Shown here: in pieces, positions 59,425 through 64,000 of the stretch
How positions within the stretch are numbered: the stretch's first letter is position 1
Layout of the letters: each line of letters opens with the position of its first letter
Made by a program: the position numbers and the translations under genes
Source: Burkholderiales bacterium UBA4615
GTDB lineage: Bacteria; Pseudomonadota; Gammaproteobacteria; Burkholderiales; Burkholderiaceae_E
Assembly: GCA_002386465.1 (NCBI GenBank)
Contig: DGIT01000140.1
Coordinates: 89,354 to 153,353, forward strand
Reading direction: 5' to 3'
DNA: 64,000 bases
The notes under the pieces: model-generated
The model's input: the letters and a program-made list of their open reading frames with translations, nothing else
Database searches by the model: none
What the model was told of the DNA's origin: nothing

Positions 59425-60615
59425 TCAGCAGCCGGCGCCGCCAATCACACCCTGAGCGGCGAGTTCGTTGATTTTCGCTTCCTCAAACCCGTGCTCACGC
59501 AGCACCTCTCGCGTGTGCTGGCCCAGTGCCGGCGAGGTGCCCTTGAAGGACCCGTCCACAAACGGCGCCATACCAGGCAGATTGGCCACCGGCACCGGGC
59601 GGGGCACGCCGGGTTGCGACAGCCAGGCCACTGCGTTGGTCTCGGTCACCTGCGGCTCCTTCACAAAATCCGCGTAGCGGTTGACGCGCTCGTGCATCAC
59701 GTTCGCTTGCGCAAGGCGCGCACACCAGTGGGTCGAGTCTTGCGTTTTCAGGTGCGCACGCAGTTCGGTCACCAGTGCAGCCTCATGCTCAAAACGCCCG
59801 GCCACGGTTGCAAACCGCGCATCGGTCGCCCACTCGGGCCGCTCAAACGCTTCACACGCCGCACGCCATTCGCGGTCGTGAATCACGGCAATCGTGATCC
59901 AGCCATCGGCAGTCTGAAACGACCCACCCGGGACACCGCCCGGACGCACAGGGCCGCCTTCCAGAATGGCCGAGATCATGCGAATGGCCTGCAATCCTGC
60001 GCCGCCTTGCATCAGGCTGGCATCCAGATAGCGGCCACGCGGCTCGCTGCGCCGCGCATACAAGGCCGAGGACAGCGCCTGAAACGCATAGAGCGAAGTG
60101 ACCATGTCGACCGGAATGACCGGCACCCGATGCGGAATCCCGTCTTCGCCGTGATTTTCAGCAGTCAGGCCGGTGAAGGCCTGCAGCACCGGGTCCATGG
60201 CGGGTCGGCCTACCAGGGGGCCGCTCTGGCCAAAGCCCGAGATCGACAGATAAATGATGCCGGGCTCGCGTGCCGACACCGCTTCATAGTCGAAGCCCAG
60301 CCGGCGAATGACTCCGGGGCGAAACCCCTCGATGAAGACATCGGCGCCCTGAATCAGCCGCCACAGCACCGACTTGCCGGCCTCTGTCTTCAAATCGAGG
60401 GCCACGCTGCGCTTGCCCAGATTGCCGATGACCGAAAACGCTGAATGGTCGCCGTAGCGCTTGCCCAGGACCCGGCTCCAGTCGCCCTCGCCCGTACCCT
60501 CCACCTTGATCACCTGCGCCCCCTGCTGGGCGAGCAGCATCGCGCTGTACGGGCCGGCAATGCCCTGGCTCAGGTCGACCACTTTCAGGCCTGCAAACGG
60601 TGCGTCATAACTCAT
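59425..60615 (-). CDS. Family III CoA-transferase (CaiB/BaiF family)
   Basis: MSYDAPFAGLKVVDLSQGIAGPYSAMLLAQQGAQVIKVE and DVFIEGFRPGV. ATG 60615 is preceded by AAGAGGAA. The upstream extension of the ORF was rejected. Confidence 0.88.
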   Translation of the reverse strand: MSYDAPFAGLKVVDLSQGIAGPYSAMLLAQQGAQVIKVEGTGEGDWSRVLGKRYGDHSAFSVIGNLGKRSVALDLKTEAGKSVLWRLIQGADVFIEGFRPGVIRRLGFDYEAVSAREPGIIYLSISGFGQSGPLVGRPAMDPVLQAFTGLTAENHGEDGIPHRVPVIPVDMVTSLYAFQALSSALYARRSEPRGRYLDASLMQGGAGLQAIRMISAILEGGPVRPGGVPGGSFQTADGWITIAVIHDREWRAACEAFERPEWATDARFATVAGRFEHEAALVTELRAHLKTQDSTHWCARLAQANVMHERVNRYADFVKEPQVTETNAVAWLSQPGVPRPVPVANLPGMAPFVDGSFKGTSPALGQHTREVLREHGFEEAKINELAAQGVIGGAGC

Positions 60616-60687
60616 GTTGTGTTCCTCTTGGGACAGACGGGCTGACAATACGGCCTGACGGACACAACGACTACTGAGGAGACCGAC

Positions 60688-61974
60688 ATGGCCTGGGATT
60701 TCGAAACCGACGACGCTTATCAGGCGCAACTCGAATGGGTAGATCGCTTCGTTCGCGAAGAAATCGAGCCGCTGGACCTGGTGCTGGGCCATCCGGCCAA
60801 TGTCACCGACCCGCGGCGCAATGCGCTGGTGCGCCCGCTGCAGCAGGAAGTGCGTCGCCGCAAACTGTGGGCCTGTCACCTGGGCCCCGAACTGGGCGGC
60901 CAGGGCTACGGTCAGGTCAAACTCGCCCTGCTCAACGAAATCCTGGGCCGCTCCCAGTACGGCCCCACGGTATTCGGGTGTCAGGCGCCCGACAGCGGCA
61001 ATGCCGAGATCCTTGCCCACTACGGCACCCCCGAGCAAAAGCGCCGCTTTTTACAGCCGCTCCTGGATAACGAGATCGTCTCGTGCTTTGCCATGACCGA
61101 GCCACAGGGCGGCGCCGACCCCAAAGTGTTCAAGACCCGTGCCGTGCGTGAGGGCGACGACTGGGTGATCAGCGGCCAGAAATGGTTCGCCTCACATGCG
61201 CGCTATGCCGAATTCCTGATCGTGATGGCGGTCACCGACCCCGACGCTTCGCCCTACAAGACCATGTCGATGTTCATCGTGCCCCGGAACACGCCGGGGC
61301 TCGAGTTCGTGCGGGATGTGGGCTTTGCAACCGAGAAAACCCCCACGCATGCCTACCTGAATTTCGATCAGGTGCGTGTGCCGGCCGACCACATGCTAGG
61401 CGGGCGCGGCGAAGCCTTCGTCGTGGCGCAGGTGCGGCTGGGCGGCGGGCGCATTCACCATGCCATGCGCACCATCGGCGAGGCGCGCCGCGCTTTGGAC
61501 ATGATGTGCGAGCGGGTCATCTCACGTCGCACGCAGGGCGAGCGGCTGGCCGACAAGCAGATGGTGCAGGAGCGCCTGGCCGATTCCTGGATCGAACTGG
61601 AGCAGTTCCGGCTGCTGGTGCTGCGCACCGCCTGGCTCATCGACAAGCACAAGGACTACAAAAAGGTGCGCAAGGACATTTCGGCCGTGAAGGCCGCCAT
61701 GCCGAAGGTGCTGCATGACATTGCCTCGCGCGCGCTGCTGCTGCATGGCTCACTGGGCATCTCCGAGGAAATGCCCTTTGGCCACCTGGTGATGCAGTCG
61801 TTTCACGTGGGTCTGGCCGACGGCCCGGTGGAAGTGCACAAGGCCACGCTCGCCAAGCAGATGCTGCGCGACTACACCCCCAGCGAGACGCTCTTTCCCT
61901 CGTATCACCTGCCGCTGCGCCGCGAACAGGCCATCGAGAAATACCGCCAGGCGCTTGAGCACATCACTCTCTGA
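60688..61974 (+). CDS. Acyl-CoA dehydrogenase family protein
   Basis: CFAMTEPQGGADP, WVISGQKWF and the C-terminal helical domain ..LHGSLGISEEMP. It has the typical ACAD three-domain length. Confidence 0.88.
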   Translation: MAWDFETDDAYQAQLEWVDRFVREEIEPLDLVLGHPANVTDPRRNALVRPLQQEVRRRKLWACHLGPELGGQGYGQVKLALLNEILGRSQYGPTVFGCQAPDSGNAEILAHYGTPEQKRRFLQPLLDNEIVSCFAMTEPQGGADPKVFKTRAVREGDDWVISGQKWFASHARYAEFLIVMAVTDPDASPYKTMSMFIVPRNTPGLEFVRDVGFATEKTPTHAYLNFDQVRVPADHMLGGRGEAFVVAQVRLGGGRIHHAMRTIGEARRALDMMCERVISRRTQGERLADKQMVQERLADSWIELEQFRLLVLRTAWLIDKHKDYKKVRKDISAVKAAMPKVLHDIASRALLLHGSLGISEEMPFGHLVMQSFHVGLADGPVEVHKATLAKQMLRDYTPSETLFPSYHLPLRREQAIEKYRQALEHITL

Positions 61975-61998
61975 TTCTCCACGCGTGCGCGCACTCCC

Positions 61999-63318
61999 AT
62001 GACCAAGACCCTGCATCTGGGCGCTTTCATGCGCCCTGTCGGCATCCATACCGCCTGGTGGCGTTACCCCGGCGCACAGGCCGATGCCAACTTCAACCTC
62101 AAGCATCTGGTGAGCTTCATTCAGACGCTTGAGCGTGGCTGCTTCGATGCGTTCTTCATGGCCGACCACCTGGCCGTGCTGAACATGCCGATCGAAGCCC
62201 TGCGTCGCAGCGCCACGGTCACCTCGTTCGAGCCCCTCACCCTGCTCTCCAGCCTGGCAATGGTCAGCGAGCGCATCGGGCTGGTGGCGACGGCCTCCAC
62301 CACCTTCGATGAGCCGTATCACATCGCCCGCCGCTTCGCATCGCTCGATCACATCAGTGGCGGGCGTGCGGGCTGGAACATCGTCACTACCTCCAACCCC
62401 GATGCGGCGCTGAACTTCGGGATGACCGAGCACGTGGAGCACGATGAACGCTACCGGCGCGCCCATGAGTTTTTCGATGTAGTGACCGGCCTGTGGGACA
62501 GCTGGGCCGACGATGCCTGGCTGCGCGATCAGGACAGCGGCCTCTTTTTCGATGAGCGTCGGATGCATGTGCTTGACCACCATGGCGAGCACCTGAACGT
62601 ACGCGGGCCGCTGAACATCGCGCGACCCATCCAGGGCTGGCCGGTGATCGTGCAAGCGGGCGCATCAGAGGCCGGCAAAGATCTGGCTGCACGTACCGCT
62701 GAAGTGATCTTCGGCAGTAGTCGCACCATCGATGACGCCCGCCACTTTTATGCAGACATGCAGGCGCGTCTGCGTGAGGCAGGCCGCGCGCCCGGTGCAC
62801 TGAAGGTTCTTCCCGGTGCGCTGGTGACGGTGGGGCGTAGCACGCAGGAGGCCGTCGACCGTCAGGCGCTGCTGGACAGCCTGGTGCATGTGGAAAGCGC
62901 ATTGCCTAATTTGTCGCTGCGCTTGGGGGTGGATGCTTCGCAGTTCGAGCTGGACGCCCCGCTGCCCGAGTTGCCGCGCACCAATGCCAGCCAGAGCGGT
63001 CAGGACGCACTGGTGGCACAAGCACGGCGCGAGTCGCTCACGGTGCGGCAACTGGCCCAGCGGGTGAGCGGCTATGGCGGACTGAAGATGGTGGGCACCG
63101 CTTCAGAGATTGCGGACACGATGCAGCACTGGCTCGAGACCGAGGCCTGCGACGGCTTCAATGTCATGTTCCCCACGGTGCCAGCGGGGCTCAACGATTT
63201 TGTCGACCTCGTGGTGCCAGAACTGCAGCGCCGCGGCATTTTCCGCACGGCTTATCAGGGCAGCACCCTGCGCGATCACCTGGGGCTCACTCGCCCGCAG
63301 AACCGCTTCTTCGCCTAA
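61999..63318 (+). CDS. LLM-class flavin-dependent monooxygenase (NtaA/SnaA/DszA family)
   Basis: LHLGAFMRPVGIHTAWWRYPGAQADANFNLKHLVSFIQTLERGCFDAFFMADHLAV, SGGRAGWNIVTS and a C-terminus ending ..LRDHLGL.RP.NRF. Confidence 0.88.
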   Translation: MTKTLHLGAFMRPVGIHTAWWRYPGAQADANFNLKHLVSFIQTLERGCFDAFFMADHLAVLNMPIEALRRSATVTSFEPLTLLSSLAMVSERIGLVATASTTFDEPYHIARRFASLDHISGGRAGWNIVTTSNPDAALNFGMTEHVEHDERYRRAHEFFDVVTGLWDSWADDAWLRDQDSGLFFDERRMHVLDHHGEHLNVRGPLNIARPIQGWPVIVQAGASEAGKDLAARTAEVIFGSSRTIDDARHFYADMQARLREAGRAPGALKVLPGALVTVGRSTQEAVDRQALLDSLVHVESALPNLSLRLGVDASQFELDAPLPELPRTNASQSGQDALVAQARRESLTVRQLAQRVSGYGGLKMVGTASEIADTMQHWLETEACDGFNVMFPTVPAGLNDFVDLVVPELQRRGIFRTAYQGSTLRDHLGLTRPQNRFFA

Positions 63319-63329
63319 GCTCGCAACGC

Positions 63330-63348
63330 GGGCTCAGACATTGAGCCC
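63330..63348. terminator. Hairpin between convergent genes (possible bidirectional terminator)
   Basis: GGGCTCA-gacat-TGAGCCC, a 7-bp stem, with no strong U-tract on either side. Confidence 0.35.
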
Positions 63349-63397
63349 CGTTCGGTGAGTCCATGTAGGTGAGCCCACGCAGGTGGCCGACTTAGGC

Positions 63398-64000
<603 letters not shown>

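Noticed and set aside
59425-61038. Upstream 141-aa extension of the CoA-transferase ORF (start at 61038)
   Set aside because: The extension overlaps the divergent acyl-CoA dehydrogenase gene and has shadow-ORF composition. ATG 60615 has a strong AAGAGGAA ribosome-binding site and gives the canonical MSYDAPFAGLKVVDLS N-terminus.

Overview
GC-rich chromosomal core segment. The gene order looks typical of a Burkholderiales-type betaproteobacterium; that is an inference from synteny, and no search was run. I support about 70 CDS and 2 tRNAs, and found no rRNA, CRISPR array, transposase, integrase or phage genes.

Main blocks:
- A 5'-truncated PEP-CTERM phytase-like protein, then tRNA-Thr.
- sspAB and the cytochrome bc1 operon petABC, followed by mscL, a Nif3 homologue and a DegS/AlgW-like protease.
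- A fused indolepyruvate:ferredoxin oxidoreductase, a c-type cytochrome and an SDR.
- A roughly 15 kb minus-strand array: mlaFEDACB, yadGH-like ABC-2 genes, ibaG, murA, hisGDBHAFIE, HIT and tatABC.
- A CPA2 antiporter.
- A plus-strand array: kdsDC, lptCAB, rpoN, hpf, ptsN, hprK, rapZ and a LON-domain protein.
- mutM, a dynamin-like GTPase and mutY.
- A TPR protein, lolB, ispE, tRNA-Gln, prs, rplY and pth, then a 3-gene insert, then ychF.
- A small cluster of poorly characterised genes (55.0-57.6 kb), an ABC-F ATPase, and an acyl-CoA catabolic cluster.

Most worth a second look:
1. A solitary soluble dynamin-like GTPase sits between the GO-repair glycosylases mutM and mutY and appears translationally coupled to mutY.
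2. A patatin-like lipase, a VanZ-like membrane protein and a tandem-domain secreted protein are inserted between pth and ychF.
3. A co-directional cluster holds a bestrophin-like membrane protein, a catalytically degenerate ABC ATPase, a 60-aa six-Cys protein with atypical codon usage and a signal-peptide SAM methyltransferase.
4. Two tandem repeat arrays start or end on a gene's stop codon.

All family calls come from motifs read by eye, with no HMM or BLAST. Start codons were refined by eye and are less certain than stops.
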